Origin: Okamejei kenojei
Lineage: Eukaryota
Length of the DNA: 64,000 bases
Assembly (NCBI GenBank): GCA_035221665.1
Contig: CM069148.1
Location: 10,540,001 to 10,604,000 of the forward strand
Direction: 5' to 3'
The notes beneath the pieces are model-generated. The model was not told the DNA's origin. It did no database searches and was given only the letters and a program-made list of their open reading frames with translations. Positions 50,596 to 64,000 of this stretch are shown here, in pieces. Each line of letters opens with the position of its first letter. The stretch's first letter is position 1. The position numbers were made by a program, and so were the translations under genes.

Positions 50596-52460
50596 AATGT
50601 ATAGTTATAGGCCTATACTACACAAGTTCATAAAGCAATCTAAATTTCTGCTGTTTTGACAGATGCCACTGACTAAAAGAGTTCTTGATAGGATGTACCA
50701 ATGCTGATTATCCACAGTTCCCATGCTATCTTGTTTAATGTTGAGCTTTCAGAATAGCATGTTTGTTAAATTATTGGCATTGAACAGTAGAGCTTGGTTG
50801 TGTAGGAAGGAACTGCAGATGCTAGTTTAAACCAAAGAGAGACAAAAATCTGGAGTAACAGCGGATCAGACAGCATCTCTGGAGAAAAGGAATACATGTT
50901 TTGGATCAAGACCCTTCTTCAGAGCCTGGGTTTGTTTAACAATTCCTTATCCTTTAGAAGAGAGAATTTGACATTAAAGGTGGAGCATGAACTTAAAACA
51001 GAATGAACGTTGGGGACACAGTGGTGCTACTAGAAGAGCCGCTGCCTTGCAGCGCCAGAGAATAGTGCTATCAGCATGTAATTTGCATGTTTTCCCTGCA
51101 ATGACCATGTTCTATGAACACCTCACAGACACCATTTACAAATAAGGCCTAGAGATCTTGATGCAAATAATAGCATTTAAACCTTCAACTAATTTTGTTT
51201 AAACTGGTAATTTAAAAAAAAAAAAAATTTAAAGCCAGTTATTTAAACATTGTGGAATGCTCGTTATAATTTAATTACCTTTTCTTTTGCATTTATTTCA
51301 ATTTAATCAACATGAAACATTCAGATAACTTCTGTTAGGCAGGATTGAGTTAATGTTGGATGCAAAAACATAACTAAATTTCTACAATGCACTCAACTTC
51401 TCAATCACAGAAGACAATAAACACCGTCATTCCAATCTTCACAAAAGTGTGTTTGTTTCATACAACTCATTTGGAGCAAGATCAAAAACATCCCTAATAT
51501 TGTCCAAATGTTTTCTTACAAAATGGAGCTAATTTGCTGCTGGACTGATTTCCAAGCACAGAAGAGACATCAGCTGCATACAAAGTTTTAAAAGCATCTA
51601 ATTTTCTGCCAAACAGATTTACTTATTATCATTATGTCAAACTCCTAATGCACCAATAAAGCATTCTGCATCACTAAGCAATTTCTGCATTTGTTAAACC
51701 CTGCCAACCAAAAACAAGCGCAATATGAAAATCACATTTTAATACAAATATTACATTAGAAATCATTGCACCTTTTAAACAGTCAATTACACAGCACTGT
51801 GGGAGTGCTGAAGTGTTAATTACCACTCCCTCCCGGCATGTGTAAATAAGGAGATTGCTGACATCAACACTCCCTGCCTTAAGCAATGAAGCAGATTATC
51901 TATTTAATAGAGTAGAGGATGGACGAATCTGGCTTTCTGCAGCAATTCATTGTGCATATCTTTTCCATACTGCCACTCAGCTATCCAAGTTGCAGTTAAG
52001 TTTGTTTAATCAGATCCCTATCGATCTCTTACAAGCATAGTTCTTGGAGATAAGTGGAGTTTGTGCCACCCACAAACCTTTGTTGTGCATCGAGACATCA
52101 GAGCCAGCATGTTAAATCAGAACAGTGAGACTGAAGGATAAGGTTCAGTGTAACCCACTATCCTCCCATGATCCACCCTAAACAGTCTGCAACATAGTGA
52201 GAATATGCAGGTCAGGGTAAAGCGAGCCACTAATTAAAAGCTGAAGGAGGGTCCCGACTCAAAATATTGTCCGACTTTTCCTCTAGACATGCAGCCTGAC
52301 CCATTGGTTTCCACCAGCAGTTAGGTTTTTTTGCAGAAAAATTGATCAAATGACCAGTGGATGCTGCTGCTTCGTGCTGGAAGAAATCAGGTTCTCCTGC
52401 ACTTTGTGTTTTGGTCGGGTTCTAAACATTCACTGAATGTTTGAAAACATGAAAAACTTT

Positions 52461-52592
52461 TTTCTGAAGAAGGGTTTCGGCCCAAAACGTTGCCCATTTC
52501 CTTCGCTCCATAGATGCTGCCTCACCCGTTGAGCTACTCCAGCATTTTTGTCTACCTTCGATTTTCCAGCATCTGTAGTTCCTTCTTAAACA
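52461..52592 (+). mobile_element. Solo Penelope-like terminal repeat with minimal hammerhead motif
   Basis: CTGAAGA-AGGGT(TTCG)GCCC-AAAAC-GTT, flanked by the 9-bp direct repeat AAAAACTTT (52452-60, 52593-601). Confidence 0.75.
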
Positions 52593-55500
52593 AAAAACTT
52601 TATTGGTGTTTTACAAAGCAGTTAGGAAAATGCAATATAAACCCTGACAAGAGTACCAATCAATAAACCAACTAAATGATTGACTTGGGTTGAAATTTCA
52701 TATAGAAAACATCCAAAACACACTACCCATTATGAACTCTGATCAATATTAAGAATTATGACGGCTGAAATATATAATGGATTTAGTCTGAATCATACTG
52801 GGAAGCCAAGAATTACCTTATTATAAGCCAAAAGATTGTTCCTAAGCCGCTCACATTTTAGTGGACATCAACATTCCCAGGAACAATGAAATCCGAAGGA
52901 CGTAATTTTTAAATACAACGATGCAAATTCTCATTATCCTTCAACAGGCTGAATTCAGGGTGGATATTTCCCCTACTGCTGTCCATAGTCTCATGATACG
53001 GGGCAAGACATTTGGGACTGAGATTGGGTGAGATGTTTCTTAACTCAGTGTGGAGTTCTCTAACTTGGGGAAATTCTCCAACAGCGGGCTGTGGGAGCCA
53101 CACTGCTGAATACGTTTGAGTCAATAACATTTTAGAGTGTGGGGAGAGAACAGGAAACAGTATAGAGTTAAAACAGCAGCTGTGACCATACTGAACAGGC
53201 TCAAAGGGCTGAAGAGAGTCAAGAGTGTTTGATTGTCATGTGTGCTGATATGGAACAGGTTTGTAAACACAGTACTCAATAGGTAACATAGCAAACAAAG
53301 TTCAATAAACCTAAAACCTCAACCCCAATATAATGCAACATTTAAAAAAAAACAATATGGCATGTTCAAACCACACAGACAGCAGAGGTTAGGATTGAAC
53401 CCGGATCCCTAGTACCACCCAAAATCACCAATGTTCACTCTCTTAAGTTGAAGCTCTCCCCTGCCAAAAGGTTAGGATCTCTATGAAATAAATTGGTAAA
53501 AACATAGGCTTTGCTGTTCAATGCCAATAATTTATTGAACCCACTATTCTGAAAATTAAAAATAAAAACATACAAAATTAAGATGGCATTGGAACTGTGG
53601 TAAATCTGCACCAGGATCCCATGCCAATAAGTATTTTTGTCAGTGGCTACTGCCAAATAACTGGAATTTAGGTTGCTTTATAAACATGTACAATAAAATA
53701 TGAATTGAATAAAACAGCAGATTCAAAATAATTAAATGGTCATATTTATTCAATAAATTTAAATGATTGAGGCAGGTCATTATTGTAACCATGCACTTCA
53801 CCTCAAAAACGACATTACTGTCCATCTCAGATCTTTCAGGCAGAATACTGGAGATGGGGCTGTTTGTACAGCTCCTTCAGTACTGTTCCTCCAACAGCTG
53901 CTGGATATAATGAAGCACAATCTTGGCGATTCTAAGTGTTTAGCTAAACATAAAATATCTGACCTTGGTACATCTAACCAAGAAATAGAAGGAAGCTTAG
54001 AATGAAAAACTGTTGTTAACCTTTCATATTTATAACTAGGAAGCTTACAACATTAGTGGCCCAATTTCTGAGTAAAACAAAGTATTGGCGGAACTCAATT
54101 GGTCAGGCAGCATCTGGAGATGTTAATCATAGTCACACATCACAGAAACAAATCCTTTAGCCCAACTCCCTAATACCGATCAAGATGCCCAAGCTAAGCT
54201 TGTGTGCAACCCTATACATATCTGCATTACTTGATAACAACCTGGTGGTGTTAATGTCAGAAGCTCAATAATCCACAGCTGAATTTAGGATCCCACCGTA
54301 AAACATGGGATCCTGATATCCAAAGTTCCTATCAGGAAGTTGCCATTGGATTGTTATGAAAACACAACGTTATTTCCTTTAGAATACAGTCTCCATTTCT
54401 GATAAAAAGTTGAGCGAATGGTAAACAGAAAATCCACAAATGCTAGAAATCTTAAACAAAAATGAAAAGTGCTGGAAACACTCAGGTCAGACAGCATGTG
54501 TGGAAATTTGGCTATTCCATCATTGTACTCTGATAATTTTGTGCAAGAGAATTGCATTGCACTATTTGTATTTATCATTATTCCATGTACACTGTTTACT
54601 TGGTGAGCTTCATGTGAACAAGAAATGGCATTGCATCCTGCTGGACATATTAGTAAACCAATCTGAAGCAGAGTAGTATTGTTAACATTGAAGGTTGAAG
54701 ATGAATGTTTCCAGCAACTGCTATTTGTTTCAATTAGTTAATACTCAATTGGTTGGGCAGCATCTGCAAGAGAGAAACAGATGTTCCAGCAACAACTGAT
54801 GGGCAGATGTTTTATTGACCTTGATTTTGAAATTCACTTTGTACCTACTATTGAGTAGGTACACCATTTTGTGAAATTTTTAAAAATCAGATTTGCAGCA
54901 CCTGCATTATTTTGCTTTCATTCTATAGCTTATTTCATAATTTCAGGATGTCACAAAATAATCACATATTTCTGAAGCTTCCGACTTCTGCACCACCATG
55001 GCCTACTGTTCAGCCCCCTGAGATGAATCAAGCCACACAGTTGTATCAAATCACTCAAAGCTATTCATCTTTTATTTGCGCTATTAAAGATGGACACTAA
55101 TGCCAGATTTGCCAGCAACCATCTCATTGATAATTTATTTAATGCTACAAACATTTGAACATATTTGTTCAATAAGTAATTAATTCGTCTTATAACATCT
55201 ATTAACTGAACACTGCAATTCAGGCCCACGATCTACAGTAGCACCAAGGGAGCTTTGCATTGTTGTAGATGCCATTTTTCAGGTTTGATGTTAAACTCAA
55301 CCCCTTTGCTCTCCAATATAGACACAAGAGGTACCGTGACACTATTTTGTAGAAAGCAAAAAAATGGTTCCTAGTATATGGACCATTATTTTCCTCCCAA
55401 ACAATAAAGCAGCTTATTGACAACGATAATTGAGCAAGCTTGCTCCTCTATTTCCTATATTACAAGTGACTACACTTTGAGCTACAAGTGATTACAAGTG

Positions 55501-55929
55501 ACTACACTACGCTTAGCAGTTCCAGTAATAGGCTAGAAAAAGAGGCCTGGGCCGCCGATTAAGAGATACAACTTCAAATATCGCCTCAGAGGTTATATTT
55601 AAGTAATTCTTAAACTGAAAAGCTACCAGAAGTGATTGTGACCATAAACCTACTGGATTATTGTAAAGAACTGTGGATGCAACTCCTGCAAGGTGGTTAT
55701 TTTCTGAATTGGCCAAGAGTTTAAGGGGAACTGGGAATGGACAAAATAAGTTCCTTTGCAGACAATGCCTACTTCTTGTAAATTAATAAACCCTTCATTG
55801 TGATACACAATTAATTGTTCAGAGCCTGCAGTGGGCAACAGATAAATACAATTATTTACTCTTTGGTAGCGAGAAAGGAAAAATATTACAACACTTAAAC
55901 TTGTTCTAATTTAAGGAATTAAACCTCAC

Positions 55930-56011
55930 CAAGTGAATCGATGAAATCTTTGTTATTCTGGTAAAATTTGATATAAGCCGCCAATTTTCCGCTGACAAAA
56001 ATCGTCAGGAG
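55930..56011 (-). CDS. EIF3M: EIF3M coding exon
   Basis: 82 bp, LLTIFVSGKLAAYIKFYQNNKDFIDSL(G). TAG/GTGAG sites. Confidence 0.97.
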
Positions 56012-56329
56012 CTAAAAATAGAAATGCATTGGGTTAAACTCAAAATACAAAGGTCAGATGCACAATTAAAACACAAAACTGAAAAATGTTGTGCCAAGTA
56101 CTCCTAACAGAAGCTAACGCAGCAAGAAATTGGCAAGAAGCCTAAATATTCTGATATAATTGTGAGAAAAATGTAGTTAATCTGAGATACTTCCAAACTG
56201 TTTCCATAAACAGTTTATTTATCTCCACAGTTAAGGATCAAAACACAAAACCATTATTCAAAGAAATAATTCCCAGAGTATCTGACAAGTCAATTCAGAG
56301 TAGTTGTTGTTTATCATCTAGATCAACGA

Positions 56330-57250
56330 TTTGCATGGGAATGTACAAGGCATGGTTAGTAAATTTATAGATTACACTAGAATAAGTGGTCTCGTAGATA
56401 ATGAAGATGGTTATCAAAAATTATAACAGGATCTAGACCCACTGGGCAAGTGGGCAGATAAATAGCAAATGGAGTTTAACTCAGATTTGCATTAGATGTT
56501 GCATTTAGGGAAGTCAAACTGGGACAGGACCTATGCAGTGAATGGTAGGCCCTTGCGGAGTGTGTTATAAAAGCAGAGGGATCTGTCAATACAGGTACAG
56601 TGTTTCACGAAAGTGGCATTGTAGGTAGATAAGGTGAAGAAAGCTTCTGGCATGTTGGCCTTCATCAGTCAGGGAATTTAGTATGGAAGTTTGGAAGTTA
56701 TATCACAGTTGTGCAATATGTTTGTGAGACAATGAGTTATTCCCTTTAGTTTTTGGAACCCTGCTGTAGTAAAGATGCCACTTGGCAGAAAAGATTTACC
56801 AGAATATTGCCAGGACTCGATGGCCTGTGCTAAAGGGAGAGGTTGGGCAACAAGTCTTTGTGCCTTGGAGTGCAGGGGTCTGGGGGATGATCTAGTAGAG
56901 GTGTACAATTAAAAAAAATGAGGGTAATAAGACATGGTGAATGCACAGTGTCTATCGTCGCCGCCGCCCCCCCCCCCCCCCCCCCCAAATCAAGAATAGA
57001 GATCATAGGTTTAGAATTTGAGGGTAAAGACTTAATAGGAACCAGAGGGGCAACATTTTCATACAGAGGGTAGTATGAGCTGTCAGATGAAGCAGGCACA
57101 ATAGCAATTCCAAGACATATGAACAGCTCTATGGATTGGAAAAGATATGGATCCAGCACAGGTGAGTGGGGCCAGCTTGGATTAGGTGTCCTGGTCGGCA
57201 TGGACGAGTTGGACCGCAGGCTTTTCTTCTTCTGTGCCTTATGACTCTAC
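56330..57250 (+). mobile_element. CR1-like LINE fragment (RT C-terminus to 3' UTR), degenerate
   Basis: GMVSKFIDYT (FADDT-like), QQDLDPLGKWAD..MEFN remnants, followed by a CR1 3' UTR. Confidence 0.82.
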
Positions 57251-58669
57251 CATGCTACGTGCTCTTGAAGGATAGATATTTTGTGAAATGCACTTATAAT
57301 TTAAGTTAAAAGTGAGCAAAGGGTGGACATACTCAGCAAATCCAGACATCATCCACAGTGTGAGAAAGGAATTAACATTTCATGTTGATCACTTCGGAGA
57401 GTTAAGACTAATTTAATTCTCTCATTGCAGCTTTTAACATTTGACTGAGAAACATTATTTTGTGATGGGCTTTCTCCTCTTATGCAATACTTATGAATTT
57501 TGTATTAAAACGTTTTTTTCAAAACGCTTGCCCAAAATTGGTTAAGAAAAGGGCTGATTTAGAATGCCAAAATTTAGAGCCAAGAAAGTGGTTTATAAAA
57601 TCAGTTTTATACAGCTTTTCATTCACATTATTTTGGATACTATTTTAACAGATATAAATGATTGAGAGAATTAAGACATTGGAATATCAAGGTGCTAATT
57701 ATATTGCTAGTAATTTCTAGTTTAATTTAAAATAGCTCAAATAATCAAGGCAGGATTCATGACAATAATCTCAGAATTTGGCATACAATTCAATTATAAA
57801 ATGTCAAAACTCTTGCTTAAATTAGATTCACTTTTATGTGACCTTGATAGCCTCGAACCTCCAGCAGTCTGCATGAACAGAACAGCCAATCCAACTGACA
57901 GAAAAAAAAATGGACTGTTTTAGAAAAAGAAATTCAGCAACATGTGGGAATTGAATGAATGCCCAGTATGCATACTCACTTCAATGCTCCCTGGATTATG
58001 ACTAAAAGATCAAAAGAGGTTTTGGGATCCATCCAGTGCTTTCAATTTTATTTGACAGAGCATTGTGCTGAATGTTATTAAAGAGATTACAAGCTCAAAT
58101 ACAACACTGGCAATGTAACAGAAAATGCATTAATCTTACAAAATATACCTCTTTGATTACCACAATCAAGATTGTACCTTTCACTGTAAGATGACTAAAG
58201 GAAACAAAGAAAACAATAATGTCAAAGCTATGGATGGAGATACTTTCCTCAATGTTCTTAATAAGCTGCTGATCTTGCTATCTTTACCCTCTATTATTAA
58301 ATGTGAAAATTAAGACAGGCCAAGATCTTGCAAATGGCAGTCACGTGTTTATAGGCCAACATTGCTTGTCAGCACTATCAAACATAGAAACATAGAAATT
58401 AGGTGCAGGAGCAGGCCATTCGGCCCTTCGAGCCTGCACCGCCATTCAATATGATCATGGCTGATCATCCAACTCAGTATCCTGTACCTGCTTTCTCTCC
58501 ATACCCCGCTTTACATTGCTTTAAAAGATGCATTTTATGTTTGAGAGTTCTTTTTAATTTTATACTGCAGTTAATACACCAATTCGCTGCTAAACTATAA
58601 ACATTTTAGGGTTTTTATTTAAGAAAGCATAAGGCATTGTAATGTAACAAACCCACAATCACAACTTAC

Positions 58670-58769
58670 ATCATGAATGTGCTCCCCTTCCAGGAATCGA
58701 ACGGGTTTCAAAGCGAGAAGATGGTCAAAAAGAAATGTGTTTTGATCATTCAACGCTCTTACAATACAC
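58670..58769 (-). CDS. EIF3M: EIF3M coding exon
   Basis: 100 bp, (R)[41 protein letters not shown] sites. Confidence 0.97.
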
Positions 58770-58926
58770 CTGTAAAAAAATCCAAAGCATTACCTCCACA
58801 ATGTATTCAATTGAATGAAAAAATTCAGAAACATCACTAATATAATAATCCATAACCACGTGTAGATCAAAATTGAGAAAGATGACTACTTTAGTTTACA
58901 AAGTCCAACCCAATATAATGGATTAC

Positions 58927-59010
58927 CTATGAGCATCAACTCTTGCCTGCGAAGCATTGTCTTCTGTGTAACTTCCAAGTAATTCCACCATAATTTTAGC
59001 AGCAGCATCA
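58927..59010 (-). CDS. EIF3M: EIF3M coding exon (most 5' exon visible; earlier exons lie beyond the window)
   Basis: 84 bp, (S)DAAAKIMVELLGSYTEDNASQARVDAH(R). CAG/GTAATC sites. Confidence 0.97.
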
Positions 59011-59370
59011 CTGTTAAAAATAATTTGAGAAATTAAATACACAATTCCAATGAAGAACTAGGAGCATTTTACTTTTTACTTTTTTGTTAGAAACTAAGGG
59101 AAGATTACAAAAAATTGCAATTGAGGGGTTACATCCAATTTTTAAAAATAAAATGTCAAACAACAATCATTACTGTTTGAAATAAAAACAGATTCAAAGG
59201 AAATGTCAATAATTGTTTTTCTTGGAAGAAAAAAAAAGTTAAGATCCTAGAGTGAAGAATTCAGAGCAGGATAATGTAAAAAAATGGACACACTACATTT
59301 AGGAATGAAAGCATGAGCACTTCTGCTCAAAAGGGGCAGTGGGATGAAAGCTGCCTCAGTCAAATCATTG

Positions 59371-60835
59371 AGTTTAGTTTAGCTTATTGTCACGTGTACC
59401 GAGGTACAGTTAAAAGCTGTTTTGCTGCATGCTAACCAGTCAACAGAAAGACAATACATGATTACAATCGAACCATGTACAGTGCATAGATACATGATAA
59501 CGGAATAATGTTTAGTGCAAGGTAAGGACAAAGGACAAAAGGACATTTATTGTCACATACACCAATTGGTGTAGTGAAATTTGTCTTGCCATGCAGCACA
59601 TAAAGATAAGACATAACATTAAAGAATTCAACATAATACATAAAAAACATCCCCCCACAATGGTTCCCATTCTGAGGGAAGGCACAAAGTCCAGACCCCA
59701 TCCCCAGTTCACCCATAGTCGGGCCTATTAAGGCCGCCACAGTCGCCGCTATGGGGGCCGATGTTCCAGGCCCTTCTTCGCCGGGTGATGGTGCTCCGGC
59801 GGCGGGAGAACCCTCTCAGCGGCTCGGGGTGCCTGTAACGGCCGCTTCCTTGCTGGAGACCGCGGCTTCCGACGCCAACAGGCCGCGCTGGATGGAGCTC
59901 CACAACTGGCGATCTCGCCGAGAGATCCCAGGCTCCCAATTTAAATTTCAGCGCCGCTGGCCGCCCCACAGTCCCTCAGCTCCACGATGTTCTCCTGCGG
60001 TCTTCAGCTCACCGGAGCTCCAGCGCGGTGACCCAGGCAAGGCATCGCCCGCTCCGCGCCGCTGCCAAAGCCGTGGTTCTGGGCGGTCCCCTCAGGAAAT
60101 GCCACTCCAGGCCTGCTGGTAGGCCGCGAGGACGGGTCGACGGTGCAGCCCGGAGAAAGCTGCCTCTCCGATCAGGTAGGGACCCTAGAAAGCAGTTTTC
60201 CCCTTCCCCACCCCGACCCCCACATAAAAAAGGCTTGGACTCCGAAAAACAGAAAAACTCTAACTAAAAATAAAAAGAGAAAAGACGAACAGCTGCAGGC
60301 TGGACAGCCAAACCCGTACAGGACGGCGCCAGGGTAAAGCCAGCAAAGTCCGATTAAGGGTAGCCCGAGGGGTAGTAGTTCAGCACAGCTCTCTGGTTGT
60401 GGTAGGATGATTCAGCTGCCTGATAACAGCTGGGAAGAAACTGTCCCCGAATCTGGTGGTGTGCGCTATCACACTTCTATACCTTTTGCCTGATGGGAGA
60501 GGGGAGAAGAGAGAGTGGCCAGGGTGTGACATCCTTGATTTTTGCTGCTGGCCTTGCCGTGGCAGCGCGAGGTACAAATGGAGTCAATAGAAGGGAGGTT
60601 GGTTTGTGTGATGGTCTGGGCTGCACACACAATCCACTGCAATTTCTTGCGGTGTTGAATGGAGCTGTTCCCAAACCAAGCTGTGATGCATCGTAATAAA
60701 ATGCTTTCTAGGGTGCATCTGTAAAAGTTGGTGAGAGTTGTAGGGGACATGCCTTCTAAAGAGGTAGAGGCGTTGGGGTGCTTTCTTGGCCGTTGCTTCA
60801 ATATGAGTGGTCCAGGAGAATTTGTTGGTGATAAT
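59371..60835 (-). mobile_element. Rex1/Babar-like LINE 3' fragment interrupted by a nested insertion
   Basis: FYRCTLESILLRCITAWFGN and HSLFSPLPSGKRYRS...FFPAVIRQLN at 60376-60835. The 3' UTR/tail resumes at 59371-59525. Confidence 0.82.
59526..60332 (-). mobile_element. GC-rich non-autonomous retroelement (copy C) with (TGTCCTT)n tail
   Basis: Flanked by GGTAA direct repeats (59521-25, 60333-37). The 5' end is TGGCGCC. Same modules and hairpin as copies A and B. Confidence 0.72.
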
Positions 60836-63800
60836 TGAGATCCACAGATCTAGTACAAAGATGATGGGATAATAGATTTGTAGATTAATTGGCCCTCTGC
60901 AAATTGCCTCTAGCATGCAGGCAGTGGACAACAAAACTAGCGTGAACAAGTGATCGATGGTTGGCGTGGACCAATGGACCAAAGGGCCCGTTTCATGCTG
61001 TATCTTTCAATCAATAACAATCTTTCTCACCCCTGCCTTTTGCCAATCAAGTCAAATCTGGGTCCTCCATTTTTTGACTCTTTCACCAATCAATACAATT
61101 TCTCTCTATCTATTCCATCTAGATTAATTATTTTGTGTGCCTCTACCGATCATCTCCATTCTAAAACAGAACACAAACATAATGGTTCAAATTTCTTATC
61201 CCTGGACTTGCGCTGATAAATCTCTCCTGCACATCTTTGTTAAAATGTGGTGACAATTCGTTGCAATTGTCCAGATGAAAATTACCTTGACAAGATTGGT
61301 AATTATCTCCCTGCCTTTGTGCACTTTGCCTCTATTTATGGAGCTTTGGATGCCAGTTGTAACCTTCGTTGAGGCTAGGAAATTATGTAGGACAAATTAA
61401 AATGCAAGCTCAAATTGTTACAAAAGTAATAACCAATTCCATCGATGTTTTATATTAGTCTTCTCACTAAAAGTGAACAGAGCCAATTGATAAAATGCGA
61501 CAATGTGTGATTTATCTTTTTAAATTGGTTTCACTGAATTAGTGGGGACACTCAAAAACTGGATCAAAAGTTTGCTAGAGTGCATGATCAGACTGTTCCT
61601 TTCAGACTGCAGCCTTGCCTCATTATTCATTTGGCAAGCATCTGTAAGTGTGCAGCAGTTCACCCTTTAGACATAGAAATGAGGCTGCTTTCCTGAGTAA
61701 ATGGCTTGCTGCGAGACACATGCAGCCAGCAAATTCATACTTTGTGACATCCAAGGATTTTAACATTTTCTTTCAAAGCAAGTTAATAGGTTTTTCAGCT
61801 GCTTTAAATGACAAATGAACTGCCACTTCTGTTGATTAAAAGCTTTTTGTTAAAAAAGACAAATTTGTCTTCCACTGTCAAAACCAGTATGTTGATGCAC
61901 TAATTTTGTTATAATCTAGAGCCGCAATTTTAGGCTTTAAACTAAATTTGATCCAAATATACTGCTGATCCTTTGGAAATTTAACCCTTCTATAGTTTGT
62001 TTCAATCTGCAATGTCAGAATCTTTGGTGCTTAGTTCTACGATTGTTTAATATGTGTTTGGCATTACCAGACAAGGATTAAATTGTTGTTTTTAATCTAG
62101 ATTTAAAAAAATGTGAAAACTCAAAACCATGAAGGGAATAATACAAGAACATTCCAAATTCCATGGTAAATGATCATAACACTGAATAAGAGTAACATTT
62201 AAAGAATACAACATTTGTGTTTTGTTTTTTTTTTAAACTTGAGATAAGGATTTAATTTATACAACAGATATAAAAAAGTAACAAAGATATCTTAGCAAGA
62301 ATAATGTAGAACAAGAGTCTGTCATTTTCCCTATGGTGTCTGTGCTGGATCTCCTGCTCCCACTCCCTTGTTAGCAAGACGCACAGGAGACTAAGAAAGG
62401 GAGCAGTCCATCAGTGAGGTGAAAGCATTGCAACACAATGGCACAACGCAAGACTTCTGAAACTCATTGGCTTGCTAATTTTATGTACTGAAATGAAGCA
62501 ATGGCAGAAAATTCCTCTCAAGAGATTGGGAATGATACAGCATGTGAGGTTTATAGCACATTTCAGTGTTTCGGATTTCAGAGCAGATATCTTGTCAGGG
62601 CTCCGAGAATGTGCCCATTTCTAGTACAATAGAATATTGTTCTGCATAACAAGCAGACATCAGAAGAATTGTTAATGTATTCACAAGGATGCACAATCTG
62701 GTCCCTAGTCATGTATTGTCTTTCTGCTGACTGGATAGCATACAACAAAAGCTTTTCACTGTACCTTGGTACACGTGACAATAAACAGCAAACTAAACTA
62801 GTCTCAAAGCATGGGTCCCCAGTAATCATATTCTCAAGACCTAAGCACCCTGGTTAAAATAATTTCTATTCTTTTGCAAACTGAAGACTTTCAGAGTGTG
62901 TTGTTGCTAGTAATGATAGTTCGTTGGTGCAGAATTTCTTCCGAGAACAACTGCAAAGTAACAATCTAAATCTGTATACACATCCTCAACCAGCTGCAAA
63001 CACCCGTGTGCTATTAACCAGGAGGAACTGTGGAGGAAAACAAGGTTTATAGTGGTACAGGCATAAACTTTACCTTCCCATCATGACCAGTCTCATGCAG
63101 TGGCATCATGTCAAAGCAATAAAGGATTTTATTTTCAAACAAAAGCTTTACAAAAGGCCACGTTCAGATTTTATAAAATGAAACTCATAAAACAGCCCTT
63201 TAAAAGCTGCATCAATTTGATTTGTAAACAAACATACATACTTAAGGACTGATCTGTTCTCATTTGGTCAGGCACAAAGTTTCTACTTTGTGAAGATCAT
63301 TCACAAATGATCTACAGTAAGATATTCTGGCGTGTGTTCAAAGAAAATAATGCAACTTGGGCACGAGATGCAATGATAAACAGCTGAAGCTCTGCTTCTA
63401 TTTCAACTCTTTGATGTGCAACTGCATTGCGACATATCTGTGCTAATCCGTACAAAATGAAATAGAATTTAAAAAAATAAAGCAGTTAAAATTAACACTA
63501 CTTCCAGAATGTCCACCTTTATAGAGATTAATTGGCACAGGGTAATTAATTAATTGAATGAACAGGCAGCTATCCAATTGCGATTTAGAAGGTTGATCAC
63601 GAGCACCCAGGCGTAGCCAACCCGTTAAAAGCCAAATCCAATGAACCAAAAATTTGTTTATCAGTTCTTCTATCCCGTAAAACATTGACCGAGAGGAACT
63701 GGTTTTCCAAGTTGCTGCAATTCATCTTTTGTGAACTATTACGCTTTATCTACTGATGAAAGCAATGAAGGAATTTTCTTTTTAATGTGCAGCTTTGTCT

Positions 63801-64000
63801 TTCCACTTTCCCAGTTTGGCCTGTGGGCAACATGCAGGGTTGTTGCCTCTATTCTCAGGCCTTGCAAGCCATCTCCACTGCTCCATTAAGCACACAAAAC
63901 ATCGTATGAGGAAAATGCCACCTTGTGCCTTTTTTCCCCCCTAAGAATATACATTGCAATTGTCTACTTATTACATGTTACCATCTCATTCCCTTCTTAC

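Noticed and set aside
55460-55508. Short tandem duplication TTACAAGTGACTACACT
   Set aside because: Ordinary slippage duplication.

Overview
This is vertebrate genomic DNA, almost certainly from a cartilaginous fish (skate/ray-type repeat landscape: HE1/V-SINEs, CR1/HER1-like LINE ends, Penelope-like repeats). Two convergent genes are visible. On the + strand is the 3' part of CCDC73 (9 coding exons, 7448..45497, including a 1548-bp exon that explains the 561-aa ORF). On the - strand are the last 6 coding exons of EIF3M (59010..45773). Their stop codons are only 275 bp apart. The introns hold a near full-length Tx1-clade LINE with a 14-bp TSD, a Tc1 transposon with ~213-bp TIRs, a Harbinger MITE, a foldback-like DNA element, and many SINE/LINE/Penelope fragments. 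Three observations stand out. (1) The Tx1 LINE 5' end begins with a U1 snRNA-derived head, followed by a 13-nt U2 snRNA match. Read on the host strand, the U1 head is a perfect 5' splice site that could close an in-frame 93-nt CCDC73 pseudo-exon. (2) A ~140-bp SINE-like element has a head that folds as a minimal HDV-like ribozyme. (3) Three diverged non-autonomous retroelements share a covarying hairpin. Gene and family identifications come from recalled reference sequences, not database searches. Repeat boundaries without a TSD are approximate.
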